From NCBI RefSeq assembly GCF_004010195.1, contig NC_057728.1, positions 40,070,918-40,134,917 on the forward strand: 64,000 bases of DNA, given 5' to 3'. Positions within the stretch are counted from its first letter, which is position 1; the number at the start of each line of letters is the position of its first letter. The notes under the pieces are model-generated. The model did not search any database. It had not been told where the DNA came from and saw nothing but the letters and a program-made list of their open reading frames with translations. Positions 10,901 through 25,200 of the stretch are shown here, in pieces. Source of the DNA: Chiloscyllium plagiosum. Its lineage: Eukaryota. Both the position numbers and the translations under genes were made by a program.

Positions 10901-13900
10901 AATGTATAGGTAATGAGCAGTCCTTAAATTTTGTCTTTATTTCCCCATGTTAGAACTATTTATAATAATTGTTAACTGCTCTTGGATAGGTACATGGAAG
11001 GTAGTACAATGAAGGGTATGTTGGTTAGTTTAATCTTTAGAATAGGATAAAAGATTGGGACAATATTGAGGGCTGAAGGGCCTGTACTGTGCTGTATTGT
11101 TGTATGTTCTATCTTCTCCGTACTATGTTGCAACTGTACTGCTGGTCTAGTGTAGACCTGTAATTTTCGATGTTTTCTGCATGTACTTGAGGGGTGAATT
11201 AAAAAGTTATCCATGGGATTTTGGCTAAATCTCAAAGTGTGAATAGTCCCCATTTAACTTTAAAATTAAACTTTTACAGAAATAAAACTTAGCTGGCACA
11301 AGTGGTGCTTTAAATGAATTGTCTGCTCAGTAGAAACTTTCTTTCGTAGCTGCTTTCTGCACCATTTTAGAAAGCTGATTATTTGTACAGTTTTATTTTC
11401 TTCTGCACAAGATCCTTTTTTCTTCAACCAAATGAACTAATTGCTGTAAGAATGGAATAATATTAATTTAATTAAATTTCTAGTGATCCTGTCCCTGTAA
11501 AAGTACGAGGTGATGCAACAGTAAATTCAGAATCAAATGGACATTCCGAGCTTGATTCTGATGCAGGTGGGCGGCTACCTACACCAAAACTTAAGTCAAC
11601 GGGTGGAACGCTGAGAACACATCATGATCTGACCACACCAGCTGTTGGTATGGGCATTTCTTAATTTGGTACAAATATCATTTGTCTATAATAATTGTAG
11701 AGATTCAGCTTTTTTTTGTTACCCTTAAGTGCGATTTCAAAAGTTGTGGAAATTAATAATTGTAATAAGAGTTTTGACATGTACTTTTTACTAGATTAGA
11801 AGGCAGCTTTGTGTACTATTTTGGAGAAATCCTTTATAAAATATGCTCTAGCTTTCCCTGTTGCGCCTTTTTTCTCCTGTTTACCCCAAATTGCTCCCCT
11901 CTTTGTTTATATCAGCTGCACCATGTACGTGTTTCTTGCTGCTCAGCATTATGGTATGGAAAGTAAACATATTCATGCTGACTGGCATTAGCTAATCATG
12001 GCTCAGTTTAATTAATAAATTTAATTTTATTAGTGGGATTCTTAATTCCCACCATCCAGAGAATAAGCAGAAATTAAATCAAGATGTGGGAAGTGGTCAG
12101 AATAATCAGAAATGTAGACCAGAAGGAGAGAAGGGCTGAGCGCTTCAAGAATGACTAATTTTGCAAAGAAATATTAATGTAATTATGAGTTATTAAAACC
12201 TGAACTCAAATGAAAATTTCCATACATTCTGTAAATCACCAAGGTAACCAAAAAGGTTTAATTTTTTTATGACTATGGGTTGTATCAGTTATTCACAGTA
12301 TGCAGAAAGCCAGCAATGTAGTAAAATGGAGATACCGAAAACAAGGATGTTTAAAATTGCAGCAAATTAACTGTTGCAGAGCAATAACCAATTTTACATA
12401 GGTCTGGAAAAAATGATCAGTTAATACAGCTTATACAGCCTTCAAAAGGATTATATATTTTGTTTTAACAAAATGTATACTTCAAGGTAATTGTAATTTA
12501 GAAAGTTTTGTGTGTGCTTCCACTGCTGAAATTGTAGGTGGTATGTGTAAGTGGAAGGACAGGGGTGGTATACAAAGGCCTCAATCTCCTCTACAAATCC
12601 ATTTAGACTAACCACCTAATAATTGTTACATCCTAATTTTAATTTTTCTCCACCAGGGGGTGCTGTTTTAGTTTCTCCTTGTAAAGTCAGATTGCCACCA
12701 TCCCATTGCAGAAGGAGAGAGCCTCCATTGGGAAAATCATATTCGCCCTATAAATATTTATCAGAATCACCAAGCAAAATACTGAAAAAGGTACAGAACT
12801 TTTATGAGAGATATCTTGGCTCCCGTTAGCAAAGGTATTTCTTGACCAACTCGTGTTGTGCAATACAGCAGGCCTGAAATTCAATCTATGTATGACCAAT
12901 CAACTGGTCTCGGGTGATGTGCTAATGAGTGAGATTGAATTGATTTACATGCACTTGGATTAGGGAAAATAGTTTTATTTAGAAAGTGGCACACTAGATT
13001 CGTGTAAGTAAGTATGTTTTAACAAATAAATTAAAACACAAGCATCTTGGGATGCATTGGAGAGAAAAGAAACTAGCATCCTCAAGTTTGGGGTATATAA
13101 CTTGAGCGCCTATTTCCTTGCAAATTGAGATAACCAGTATCTGTTCAGTTATTTGACTCCAGACTACCTCATAGCCAAGTTCAGTTTTTTAAACATTTCT
13201 AAACTTTCCAACAAGGGTTCTAGAGTCTTTATAGAAATAAAGAAGGCTCATCAGTCTGTCGAGTCTCACTAGAGCAATATCGTAGAATTATTAAACTGTA
13301 ATCAGAGTTGGAATCCTAGATGATTTCCCTCCTGCTTAGCCATTAAGTTATTATAGTGCCCCCACTACTGCCTAGGCTGAATTCAGATAACTTTGTGCAG
13401 CCCTACACTGGAACCTGAAACTTTGTCTTACGTGACTTCATTTACCCACTAAATCACTAGATGAAGCTGATTTACCAGATAGTTTTGTAATCTTTGCAGC
13501 ATTGTACTTAAATTATTTGAGTAATGCATATTATTCTGTACTTTTTAGACTGAATCACTCCAGCAGTCCCCTACTGCAGGCGTTAAGACTTCTGATCCCA
13601 TTCCTATGAGGGAAGAATACAGATCTGCAAATCTCAACAGCCCATCTCATGCAAAGTCTGAACCTTCTATTTTAACATCGTTGAAATTTCATCCCACTGT
13701 TAATGCAAAATCTGCTTCAGTCACTGTTTTACCATCTCAGAACTGCCCTCATCGGATACAAGGAACTCTTAGACATCCGGAGTTCCAACATAATGGTAAT
13801 CAACATATTAATCAGTGTTTAGGAGAACACAGACAGACTGGTGAACTGGGCAGACATGTGACAAATGACATTTAATACAAAATGGCATAATTTTAAACCA

Positions 13901-16077
13901 CATGCAGGAACAGAGGTGCCTTGGGGTACATGTAGGACAAACTGATTAAAAATACATAATTTTATTGAAACAAGATACAACGATAGATACAAAATTAGAA
14001 AAGTGAAATTATAGTTTTCTAGAGATATTTAAACCTTTCTAAATTACTCTGGCCTTTTCCTTCAGCTGGTTGGAATTTTCAGTTCCTTGGTTCAATGTAG
14101 GTAGCTATCTAATCATTCTAAACTTGTCAAATTCACACAGTGCCTGGTTCTCTTATAACATAAATGCTCTCCTCTTTAGTGAATTTTGATGGTAAATGTG
14201 ATATGCGGTTTGCAGCTCCTGATACAGTAGTGAATTGAGTACAATTATTCTGTATGGTTTTTCCATGTTAGAAATTTGTTTGGAATTGTAGTGTTTTAGC
14301 ATTAAAATGTTTCAAGAAAGTGTAAAGAAGAATAATGGGGGTTTAACAAGCTTGGTACAACTGTATCTAGTAATTCTGTAGCACAACTAAGAATCAATAA
14401 AATAAAGTTATTTTACAACTTCCCATAAAGGCAATACCGGAGGACTAAGGGCAAGTCTGCTGAGGATACCACCAACAGACCCAGTTGCTGCTGATAATGG
14501 TAATTTGAAGATTTTAAAGTTGAAACAAAATTAAGTTGCCTACTGTAAACCAGTACCATGCTGTCCCATCTTATTGAATTGTTAATTATAACTCGAAGAG
14601 CAGTTTAATGTTATTTGATCAAAGATTCTCACAAAAGTTGTCATTGTCTAGCAGTTTAAATTGTTTTATAACTTTTATTTCTGACTATTAACCATATTCA
14701 AATAAACTGGGGAGGAAATGATTAATTACAGAAGTCAAGGTGCAGGAAAGATGAAACATAAAGATGAGTTAACTTGATAAAGAGCAACTTGAAAAACAAA
14801 TAGCGTTATACGTTTTGGTACACCCAACAAATATTTTTGCATTGTAAGGAATGATAGCTGTAAGTTTAACATTAGATAAATGCCTAATGTATAGTTTCAT
14901 CTGCTCATTTAGCCATTTATTGTTTAACAAATCTGATTGTCTTTAAACTGAATTCATGATCTAGTGAAGTGTTTATTCTTCTGCTGTCAACTGTTAAAGC
15001 AGATCAATTGACGTTACTATCATATTTAAGGAAGCTGAAATACAGTGAAGATGTTTTCTGTTTGACCGACTGATGTCTATAAGAAAGCAGAAATGCATTC
15101 ACTGCTGTAGATAGCGAGCACTGTCTTGCGAATACGATCTAAATACATTTTGTCAATTTCTGCAACTCCAAAGTAAAAGCTCAAAATATTGATGTTTGTT
15201 CACTGTCATATTTAAACCATGTCTATCTTCATATGTGTTTTTGGTATTAGCTTTTGTTCAGATTGTATTTTGATAAGTCCAGTGGAATGACTCTAGCCTA
15301 AACCAATGCCACCTCAGAAAAAAGGAGGAGGAATAAGTTTGAAAGAGATTAGATTTCTTGTAGACTAATAGATTTTTCAATTTGGGAAGATGGAAAGGAG
15401 CAGAGACTGAAGTTCCATAAAATGTACAGTAAAAATCGGCCATTCAGCCCAAATGTTCTATCCTGTTTTTATATACCACATTAACCTGCTCCCATCCTTC
15501 TCCATGTACTCTGTTAGCCTATTACATTCTGGATGTTTTTATCCCAGGTTATGATTCTAACCCACATTCGAATAATTAAAATTAGTGCAGCCTGGTAACA
15601 CAGAGTTAAAAGCAAAGTACTGCAAATGCTGAAGAGTTCAAACAAAACAAAGTGCTGGAAAAATCCAGCAAGTCTGACAGCCTTGTGAAGAGGGAAATTG
15701 TTAACATTTCTGAATGTTAATGTTCTAAACAGAATTGAAGAAGTCATTAGATTCAATGATTACTTTGTGTCACCCTTAACAGGTGCTGCCAAACCTGCTG
15801 AGTTTCTCTGACACTGAGATACAGCACTTTAGCCCAGGCTGAGTGCCAATTAGAATCCAAACTCTCCTATTTTGTGCAAATATGTGATATGAATTGTTGT
15901 TACAAAACTTTTACAATAATTTAATAACTATGATTCAACCCCATCTTATTCTCTCTTTCAGAAGATGATCGAATGTCACAGATTTCTGCACGATCAGCAG
16001 CATCCAGCTCACTTGCCTCTCAAGTCCTTGAGCGTGCTCAGAAAAGAAGAGATAATTTCTGGGTCAAAAATTCATGA
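7917..16077 (+). CDS. MDM1: Nuclear protein MDM1 (centriolar microtubule-binding protein), 3' 11 coding exons, about 541 aa; 5' exons not found in the window
   Basis: GT-AG exons with consistent phases: 7917-8093, 8677-8816 (weak AAG acceptor), 8917-8998, 9365-9403, 9718-9893, 10496-10777, 11484-11647, 12657-12790, 13549-13795, 14431-14499, 15962-16077 (TGA). Peptides ETEYSSQFKG, KSEYKTKFRPP, WYAE-VKELREKAEAYKRRALGTHFSRDHL, PTLPVSRKLAW, GGRLPTPKL..RTHHDLTTPAVGGAVLVSP, RIQGTLRHPEFQHN and DDRMSQISARSAASS..RAQKRRDNFW match vertebrate MDM1. Confidence 0.96.
9935..10100. mobile_element. Fold-back Penelope-type insertion (family B) in an MDM1 intron
   Basis: Inverted arms ctgctggaaaagctcagcag / tgctgagcctttccagcag. 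Core CTGAGGA-AGGGTC-actc-CACCC-AAAA-CATT (decayed hammerhead). Confidence 0.7.
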
Positions 16078-16149
16078 ACTAAACTTTTTTAAATTGTTTT
16101 TTTTCATGGAAGGACCTGTTAGGTTTTTTTAAGGCTTTAACATTTTTGA

Positions 16150-16431
16150 AATAAAACATGAGCAATCAATCCACTTCAACTTTGAATATGAATATCTCTT
16201 TGGTATAAAATAAATGTTGACTTTTCCCAATGTTTTTGTTATTTAAAATATATTTGTTTTTATATTGGCCCATGCTTTTGAGCTGTGATCTAAGAGTCAA
16301 GTTGATTACCAGTATATTGCTTTACGTTACGTTGATATTTAAAATAAGCTAATTTCTATGGAGAATATTAAATTACTGTTTGTAAATCTTGTCTGCAGCA
16401 ATTTCAATGAATTCTTTTTTAAAAAAATAAA
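16150..16431 (+). terminator. Candidate MDM1 polyadenylation signals
   Basis: AATAAA at 16150-16155, 16209-16214 and 16426-16431 after the stop codon. Confidence 0.55.
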
Positions 16432-17284
16432 AATCATAAATGGAATGTGGAAGCTTCTAGTGAAGCCAACATTTATTACTCATTTCCAATTATTCTTTGG
16501 ATGATGTTGGTGAAGCACTTTCTTGAATTACTGAAATCCATATTGTGAAAGTAACTATAGTTTTAAGGAAGGAGATTGAGGATTTTGATCCAGTTAAAAC
16601 GAAGCAATTACAATATATGTCAGTTGTGTTGGTGTGTGACTTGGATGGGACTTTATAGGTAATGTTTTTTTTCCATACTTTTGCTGCTGTTGTCTTTGTA
16701 ATGTTTTTGAGGCTTGGTGAATTGTCGCAATACATCTTGTACCCATGGTGCACTGTGATGGAAGAATGATTCTTTAAAGTGATAGGCTTCTTTGTCCAGA
16801 GTGGGACTTTGTGTTGCTGGAACAGCACCCTTCCAGGCAAGTGAAGTGCTTTCCATTCTAGTTCTGGCATGTCTTTCTACCATCTGCAAAAGATTTTGAC
16901 AAATTAGGAGTGGATCAACATAGAAAACCAACCTCAGACTTGCTCTTGTAGCCAAGTTACTTATGCAGTTAGTTAAGGTTCAGGTCAATGGTTGACTTCC
17001 TAAGATGTTGATAGTTGACCATGCCACAGGATGCCACAGAGAGGTGGTTAGACACTCTTTCCTTGGGGTTGGTTATTGCATGGCAGCTATTGAACTTGCA
17101 TATTATCAACACAAAGCAGAATTTCGCTATTTGTGGTCCTTAGCCTGAACAGTTTCTGGCAGTTGTAACTGCATATACCTGTAGCTAGTGGAATGTTCTG
17201 CTTAATACCTATTTACTTCACTTTTACTTCAGTTCTTTGATGGCACATTCACCCAAACACACTTTTTATGTCAAGTATAGTCAA

Positions 17285-17583
17285 GCATCATGGTGGCTCA
17301 GTGGTTAGCACTGCTGTCTCACAGCACCAGGGTCCCAGGTTCGATTCCTGCCTTGGGCGACTGCCTGTGTGGAGTTTGCACATTCTCCCTGTGTCTGTGT
17401 GGGTTTCCTCCCACAATCCAAAGATGTGCAGGTTAGGTGAGTTGGCCATGCTAAGTTGCCCATAGTGCTAGGTGCATTAGTCAGAGGGAAATGGGTATGG
17501 GTGGGTTACACTTTGGAGGGTCAGTGTGGACTTGTTGGGTCGAAGGACTTGTTTCCACACTGTAGGGAATCTAATCTAATCTA
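17285..17583 (+). mobile_element. HE1 SINE (elasmobranch tRNA-derived V-SINE)
   Basis: ggtggctcagtggttagcactgct A-box head, ggttcgattcc B-box, gtgtggagtttgcacattctccc core, tail ending (aatct)n. Confidence 0.9.
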
Positions 17584-18582
17584 CTAAAGTGTTTGAGTAT
17601 TCAGCTTTCTACACCACCATTTAAGATTGTGAATGAATGCATTGAATAGTTGTGGTCTTAACACAGATTCTTGCAGGGCACCGTTAGTCTCATACTGCCT
17701 CAGTATCAAAATAACTATTAAAATTCATGATTGATGTAAGGTTAACTTCAGCGCTATGAGACAGAATTTCCATTGTAAATGTTGCACAACTGTTGATGAG
17801 TAAATTTTTTTTAAGCTGTGGCAGTACTGTTCTCAAAAGATCATGATGTTGAACATGTTTATGTCCTAAAGGCCAAAGGGTCTACTTGCCATCAAAGATA
17901 GTCATACACAGCTAAGGAGATGAGTGATAATATAAGATAACTTAAAATGTGAAAACAGCACAGTTCCTGATAAATGATGCAAAGAATGCCCAATATAAGC
18001 TACAAAAGGGAGAATGAAAGGCTTGTGATGCATATTAAAATCAACAAGTTTTACAGTTGCATTAGTAAAAAGTGGGTGATTGTAAGCAAGCTGTATTTCT
18101 TGAAAGCATGTTGTGGTATTATTAATGATAAGTGAATGGTGGACATCCTGAATTACAACCTTGAATAAGTATTTATAATAATAGCACCCCTCAATCTATT
18201 GTTGAATAAGGGACACTATTCGTTTTGAGTCAATGTAAACAAAGTAATTGTAATGAAGAAATTAATTGCGTATAACAGTGATAAATACGCAAGACCAGAT
18301 GGTTTCCATTTCAAGGTTTCAAATGAAAAAGCATTGAAAATATTCTCACCAAATAACAAGACAAGCACATGAATTAGGAGTAAGCTACTCAGCCTCTCAA
18401 GCCTGATCCAACATTTAATAAGATTATGGCTGATCTGATTGTAACTCAAATTTACATTCCCAACTACCTCTGATTTTCTTTCAGCTCCTTGCTTAACGAG
18501 AATCTATCTACCTCTGCTGTCAAAATATTCAAGCTCTCTTTCCACCATCTTTTAAGGGGGATGATTCCAAAGACTCCATATT

Positions 18583-19400
18583 TGATTTGGTTTATTATTG
18601 TAACCTACCTAAGAACCAGTGAAAAGTTTTGTTTTGCATGCTGTACAGGCAGATCATAACATACAAAGATCATTGGGTGACTGAACCGAGATAGGAATAC
18701 AAAATTACAGCTGCAAAGAAGGTGCACCAAAATTCATAATAACATTGGTTTTGAAATTTGAGAGGTCCATTCAGAAGTCTAATAACAGCAAGGAAGAAGC
18801 TATTCTTAAACCTTTTGGTACGTACGTTTAAGCTTTTGTATCTCTGCATGACAGAAGAAGTTGCAAGAGATTATAACTGGAGTGGGAGGAGTCTTTGGCT
18901 ACGTGTAGATGGAGTCAATAGATGGAAGGTTGGCTTGCGTGATGGACTGGGCTGTGTTCGCAACTCTGTGTAGTTTCTTAGTTCTGGGCAGAGCAGTTGC
19001 CGTACCAAGCCATGATGCATTCAGATAATGATTTCCATGGTGCATCTGTGAAAGATAGTGAGTGCGCTTTTTGACATGCTGAATGTACTTAGCACTCTGA
19101 TGAAGAAGAAGAGGCGCTGTGCCTTCTTGCCTATTGCATCAATGTGGGTGGTCCAGGACAGGTTATTGATGATTGTCACTCCTAAGAACTTGACACTCTC
19201 AACTATCTCTACCTCAGTTCCATTGATTTGATAGGGGCTTGCCCTCCTCGTTTCCTGAAGTCAATGATCAGCTCTTTAGTTTTGCTGACATTGAGGGAGA
19301 GATTGTTATCTTTCCACCACACCACCAAGAACTCTATCTCTTTCCTGTATTCTGTCACCTCATTGTTTGCTATCCGCCTACAACAGGGGTGTCGTCAGCT
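18583..19400 (-). mobile_element. Rex1/Babar-type LINE 3' fragment
   Basis: Minus-strand translation WWKDNNLSLNVSKTKELIIDFRK...VESVKFLGVTIINNLSWTTHIDAIGKKAQR. Confidence 0.7.
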
Positions 19401-20409
19401 AAAAAAGATTCAACTAATCTCTTTTAACCCAGTACTGGATTCTCCCATAACAAGAAATATCTATTCTTGTATCTCTCTGTATCTATTCTGTCAAGACTCT
19501 TACGTTTTGATCAAGTATTCTCTTCTAAATTCCAATGGATACAAGCTAAACCTTGTCCAAACTTTCCTCAAAAATCCACCTACTCATTCCAAGTAAACCT
19601 TCTCTGAACTGCCTTCAATGTGTTTAAGTAAGTTCACGAGCACTGTGCAGTGAACTCCCCAGCTGCATAATTGAAGCACAATTACTTTTGTATTCAATTT
19701 CTCTTGCAATAAATGGTAACATTTTATTAACTTTCCTAATTACTTGCATACTAAACTTTTATGATTCATGTACAAAGGCACCCAGATTCTTTTGCATCTG
19801 AGCTCTGCAACTTCTCACCATTCAGAAGAAGTGCTTCTTTCTCATTCTTCTTGCCAAAATGGGCATTTTTACATTTTTCCATGTTACACTCAATTTCCTA
19901 CATCTTTGCTCATTTAAGAATTTGTTCACTCACTTAACCTATTAATACCTTTTTGTACCCTCTTTTTCACAAAGATCCTACCCATCTTTGTGTGAATAAC
20001 AAATTTGACAAAAATGCCTTCTGTCCCTTCATCTAAGTCATAGAGATATGCAGCACGGAGACAGACCCTTCGGTCCAACTCGTCCATACCAACCAGATAT
20101 CCTAATCTAATCTAGTCATTTGCCAGCACTTGGTCCATATCCCTCAAAACCCTTCCTATTCATATATCCATCCTTTTAAATGTTGCATTTGTACCAGCCT
20201 TTATCACTTCCTCTGGCAGCTCTTTCCATACACTTATCATCCTTTGCATGAAAAATTTGCCCCTTGGGTCCTTTTTAATTTTTCTCTTCTCACCCTAAAC
20301 CGATGCCCTCTAGTTCTAGACTCCGCCACCCCAGAGAAAAAGCCTTGTCTATTTATCCTATCCATGCCCCTCATGATTTTATAAACCTCTATAAGGTCAC
20401 CCCTCAGCT

Positions 20410-21540
20410 TAAGACCATAAGACCATAAGACATAGGAGTGGAAGTAAGGCCATTCGGCCCATCGAGTCCACTCCGCCATTCAATCATGGCTGATGCGCAT
20501 TTCAGCTCCACTTACCAGCGTTCTCCCCGTAGCCCTTAATTCCTCGCGACAACAAGAATCTATCAATCTCGGCCTTCAACTGGACTTCATTGAGTTGTAG
20601 AAATGAGTTGAGTTGCTATAAATGTGTTTTGCTTATTGCTGACTCCAACGGATACAATCCCAGTATCCTCAGCCGTTTTTCATATGTTAGACCTGTCATT
20701 CCAGGGATCATCCGTGTGAATCTCCGCTGGTCACGTTCCAGTGCCAGTATGTCCTTCCTGAGGTGTGGGGACCAAAACTGGACATAGTACTCCAAATGGG
20801 GCCTAACCAGAGCTTTATAATGTCTTAGTGGTACATCTCTGCTTTTATATTCCAACCCTCTTGAGATAAGAGACAACATTGCATTCGCTTTCTTAATCAT
20901 GGACTCAACCTGCATGTTTACCTTTAGAGAATCCTCGACTAGCACTCCCAGATCCCTTTGTGCTTTGGCTTTATTAATTTTCTCACCATTTAGAAAGTAG
21001 TCTATGCTTTTATTCTTTTTGCCAAAGTGCAAGACCTCGCACTTGCTCACGTTAAATTCCATCAGCCATTTCCTGGACCACTCTCCCAACCTGTCTAGAT
21101 CCTTCTGTAGCCTCCCCACTTCCTCAGTACTACCTGCCTGTCCACCTAACTTCGTATCATCGGCAAACTTCGCTAGAATGCCCTCGGTTCCCTCATCCAA
21201 ATCATTAATATATAATGCGAACAGCTGTGGCCCCAGCACCGAACCCTGCGGGACACCGCTCGTCACTGGCTGCCATTCTGAAAAAGAACCTTTTATCCCA
21301 ACTCTCTGCCTTCTGTTAGACAGCCAATCCTCAATCCATCCCAGCAGCTCACCTCGAACACCATGGGCCCTCACCTTGCTCAGCAGCCTCCCGTGTGGCA
21401 CCTTATCAAAGGCCTTTTGAAAGTCTAGATAGACCACATCCACTGGGTTTCCCTGGTCTAACCTACTTGTTACCTCTTCAAAAAATTCCAACAGGTTTGT
21501 CAGGCATGACCTCCCTTTACTAAATCCATGTTGACTTGTT
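20410..21540 (-). mobile_element. Younger 5'-truncated CR1 LINE nested in the older one; about 300 aa of open RT frame
   Basis: ORF 20616..21650: [43 protein letters not shown]. Tail of (tcttatgg) repeats at about 20410-20432. Confidence 0.92.
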
Positions 21541-22082
21541 CTCCAGGGACGCTCCAGGGAAAACAGCCCCAGCCTATTCAGCCTCTCCCTGAAATTCAAA
21601 TCCTCCAACCCTGGCAACATCCTTGTAAATCTTTTCCTGGACCCTTTCAAGTTTCACAACAATCTTCTGATAGGAAGGAGACCAGAATTGCATGCAATAT
21701 TCCAAAAGGGGCCTGACTAATGTCCTGTACAGCTGCAAAATGTCCTTGCAACTGCTATGCTTGCATACCAAATGCTTTCTTCACTATCCTATCTATCTGC
21801 AACTCCACTTTCAAGGAGCTATAAACATGCACTCCAAGATCTCTGTTCAGCAACACTCCCCAGGATCTTTCCATTAAGTGTATAAGTCCTGCTGTGATTT
21901 GCTTTTCCAAAATGCAGCACCTCACATTTATCTAAATTAAACTCCACTTGTCACTCCTCAGCCCATTGGCCCATCTGATCAAGATCCTGTTATACTCTGA
22001 GGTAACTTTCATCACTGTTCACTACACCTCCAATTTTGGGGTCATCTGCAAATTTAGTAACTATACTACTTATGTTCACATG

Positions 22083-22283
22083 ATTTGGAGGTCTTGGTGT
22101 TGGACTGAGGTGTACCCAAGTTAAAAATCACACAACACCAGGTTATTGCCCAACAGGTTTATTTGGAAGCACCAGCTTTTGGAATGCTGCTCAGGATAAC
22201 CACCTGATAAAGGAGCAGCACTCCAAAAGCTAGTGCTTCCAAATAAACCTGTTGGACTATAACCTGGTGGTGTGATTTGTAAC
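22083..22283. mobile_element. Fold-back Penelope-type insertion (family C) with a decayed hammerhead at about 22204-22232
   Basis: Inverted arms (caccaggttattgcccaacaggtttatttggaagcac / gtgcttccaaataaacctgttggactataacctggtg). Core cac-CTGATAA-AGGAGC-agc-ACTCC-AAAA-GCTA-gtg. TSD TATGTTCACATG 22071-22082 and 22284-22295. Confidence 0.75.
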
Positions 22284-25200
22284 TATGTTCACATGCAAAT
22301 CATTTAAATAAATGATGAAAAGTAGTGGACCCAGCACTGATCCTTGTGGCACATCACTGGTCACACTCCTCCAGTCTGAAAAGCAACCCTCAACCATCAC
22401 CTATGTCTTCTACCTTGGAGCCAGTTCTGTACCCTAATGACTAGTTCTCCCTGTAGTCCATGGGAGCTAACCTTGCTAAACACTTTATCATGAGGAACCT
22501 TGTTGAATGCCTTAGTGAAGTCCATATAGATCATGTCCACTGCTCTGCCCTCATCAATAAATTCATTACTTCTTCAAAAACTCAATCAAGTTTGTGAGGC
22601 ATGCACAGAGCCATGCCGGCTATGCCTAATCAGTCCTCGCCTTTCTAAATGCATCTAAATCCTGTTCCTCAGGATTCCCTCCAACTTGCCCACCACTGAT
22701 GTCAGGCTCATCAGTCTATAGTTCCCTGGATTTTCCTTACCACCTTTCCTTTCCTTTCTTAAATAGTGGCACCACATTAGCCAACCTCCAGTCTTCCAAC
22801 TCCACACCTGTGACTATCGATGATACAAATATCTCAGCAAGAGGCCCAGCAATCACTTCCCTAGCTTCCCACAGAGTTCTTGGGTACACCTGATCAGGTC
22901 CTGGGGATTCATCCACTTTTATGCATTTCAAGACATCCAGCATCTCCTCCTCTGTCATATGGAAGTTTTTCAAGACGTCACCATCTATTTCTACACATTC
23001 TATATCTTGTATATGCTTCTCCACAGTAAACGCTGATGCAAAATACTCATTTAGTATCTGCCCATCTCCTGTGACTCCATGTATACACTGCCTTGCTGAT
23101 CTTTGAGGGGGTCCTATTCTCTCCATCGTTACCCTCTTATCCTTAATGTTTTTGTAAACATCTCTTTGGATTCTCCTTAGCCCTATGTGCCAAAGCTGTT
23201 TCATGTCCCCTTTTTGCCCTCCTGATTTCCCTGTTAAGTATACCCCTACTGCCTTTATACCCTTCTAAGGATTCACTCGATCTCTGATGTCTATACTTGA
23301 CATATGCTTCCTTCTTCTTAACCAAGTCCTCAATTTCTTCAGTCATCTAGCACTCTCTGCACCTACCAGCCTTTCCTTTCAACCTAACAGAAATATACTT
23401 TCTCTGCATTCTCATTATCTCATTTCTGAAGGCTTCCCACTTTCCAGCTGTCCTTTTACCTGGGAACATCTGCCTCCAATCAGCTTTTGAAAGTTCTTGC
23501 CTAATACTGTCAAAATTGGCCTTTCTTCAATTTAGAACTTCAACTTTTAGATCTGGTTTATCCTTTCTCGTCACTATTTAAAAACTAATAGAATTATGGT
23601 TGCTGGCCCCAAAGTGCTCCCCAGTCACATGCCAGGCCTTATTTCCCAAGAGTAGGTCAGGTTTTGCACCTTCTCTAGTAGGTACATCCACATACTGAAT
23701 CAGAATTTTTTCTTGTGTACACTTAAATTTCTGTCCATCTAAACCCTTACCATTACGGCAGTCCCAGACTATGTTTGGAAAGTTGAAATCCCCTACCATA
23801 ACCACCCTATTATTACAACTGAAATCTCCTTACAAATTTATTTCTCAATTTCCTGCTGACTATGAGGGGATCTATAATACAACCCCAATAAGGTGATCAT
23901 TCCTTTCTTATTTCTTAGTTCCAATCAAATAATTTGCCTGGATGTATTTCCAGGAATATCCTCCCTAAGTATAGCAGTAATGCTATCCATTATCCAAGAC
24001 ACTAATCCCATTTCTGTCCTTCCTATTCCATTTGTATCCTGGAATATTAAGTTGCCATTCTTGTCTATCCCTGAGTCATGTCTCTGTAATTGGCATAATT
24101 GCATGGGACTGCTATCAGTCCCTGCTTATGGGATTGAGACAAAGAGGAGAAGGACTAGCAGGAGGTCACTGTACACATTGGAACTAATGATATAGGGAGG
24201 GAAAATGATGAAATTCTGAAGGGAGAATATAGAAAGTTAGGCAGGAATTTAAAAATGAGGTTTTGAGGGTAGTATTATCTGGATTAAGTCTGGTGTTACG
24301 AGCTAGTGAGGGTAGGAATAGGAGGATAGAACAGATGAATGTATGGCTGAGGAGCTGGTCCAGGGGTGAAAGGTTCACATTTCTGGATCATTGGAATCTC
24401 TTCTGGTGTAGAAGTGACCTGTACAAGAAGGATGGATTACACTTGAATTGAAAGGGGACTAATATACTGGCAGGGAGATTTGACTCGAGCTGCTCGGGAG
24501 CATTTAAACTAGTAAAGTCGGTGGGGGGTGGGGGAGTGCAATATTGGGGAAAGAGATCAATCTGAGACTGGTACAGTTAGGAAAGGAACAAGTCAAACAG
24601 TCATTGCAGGCAAGAACAAAGCAGAGAACACGGTAGGACTGATAAATTAAACTGAGATGAACTCAGGGCATGGTTAGGGACATGGCATTGTTAGCAGAAG
24701 TGTCTGTCTGTGCCTCTGATTAGAGAGTCCCCTATCGCAATTGCTCGCTTGTACCCCAATTATATTTGAGTCAGTCTTGATACCAGAAACTTGGCTGTTC
24801 ATGCTATATTCCCTTGAGAGTCCACATCCCCCCTCCCCCACCCCCTGACATTTTCCAAAGCAATATACTTGTTTGAAATGGGAATAGCACTACCTGCCTC
24901 CCCCTCCTATCTTTCCTGGAGTTAACCCGTCTACCTGATTGTATCTGCGTCTTTCTATCTTTCTATAACTGCTATCCATCACACCCCCTAGCTCTTGTAA
25001 ATTCGTCATTGCGTCTAACTGCTGCAACAACCAATCCATGCGATCCAATAGGATTTGCTCCCAAAGTTGCTTCCTGTAGACACAATCATCAGTAATATGG
25101 AAACTCTCCCTAAACTCCCACGTCCAACAGTAAGAGTGTATTACTCTACTAAAGGCCATCTCTGCTCCTTCATAATCTACAGACCCAGAAAACAGCACCG

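Noticed and set aside
17285..17350. tRNA-like A/B boxes here and at 47998, 62361 and 32000-32070
   Set aside because: SINE heads (HE1), not tRNA genes.
20616..21650. 344-aa reverse transcriptase ORF as a host gene or active element
   Set aside because: 5'-truncated CR1 insertion; its N-terminus is read from the older host LINE.
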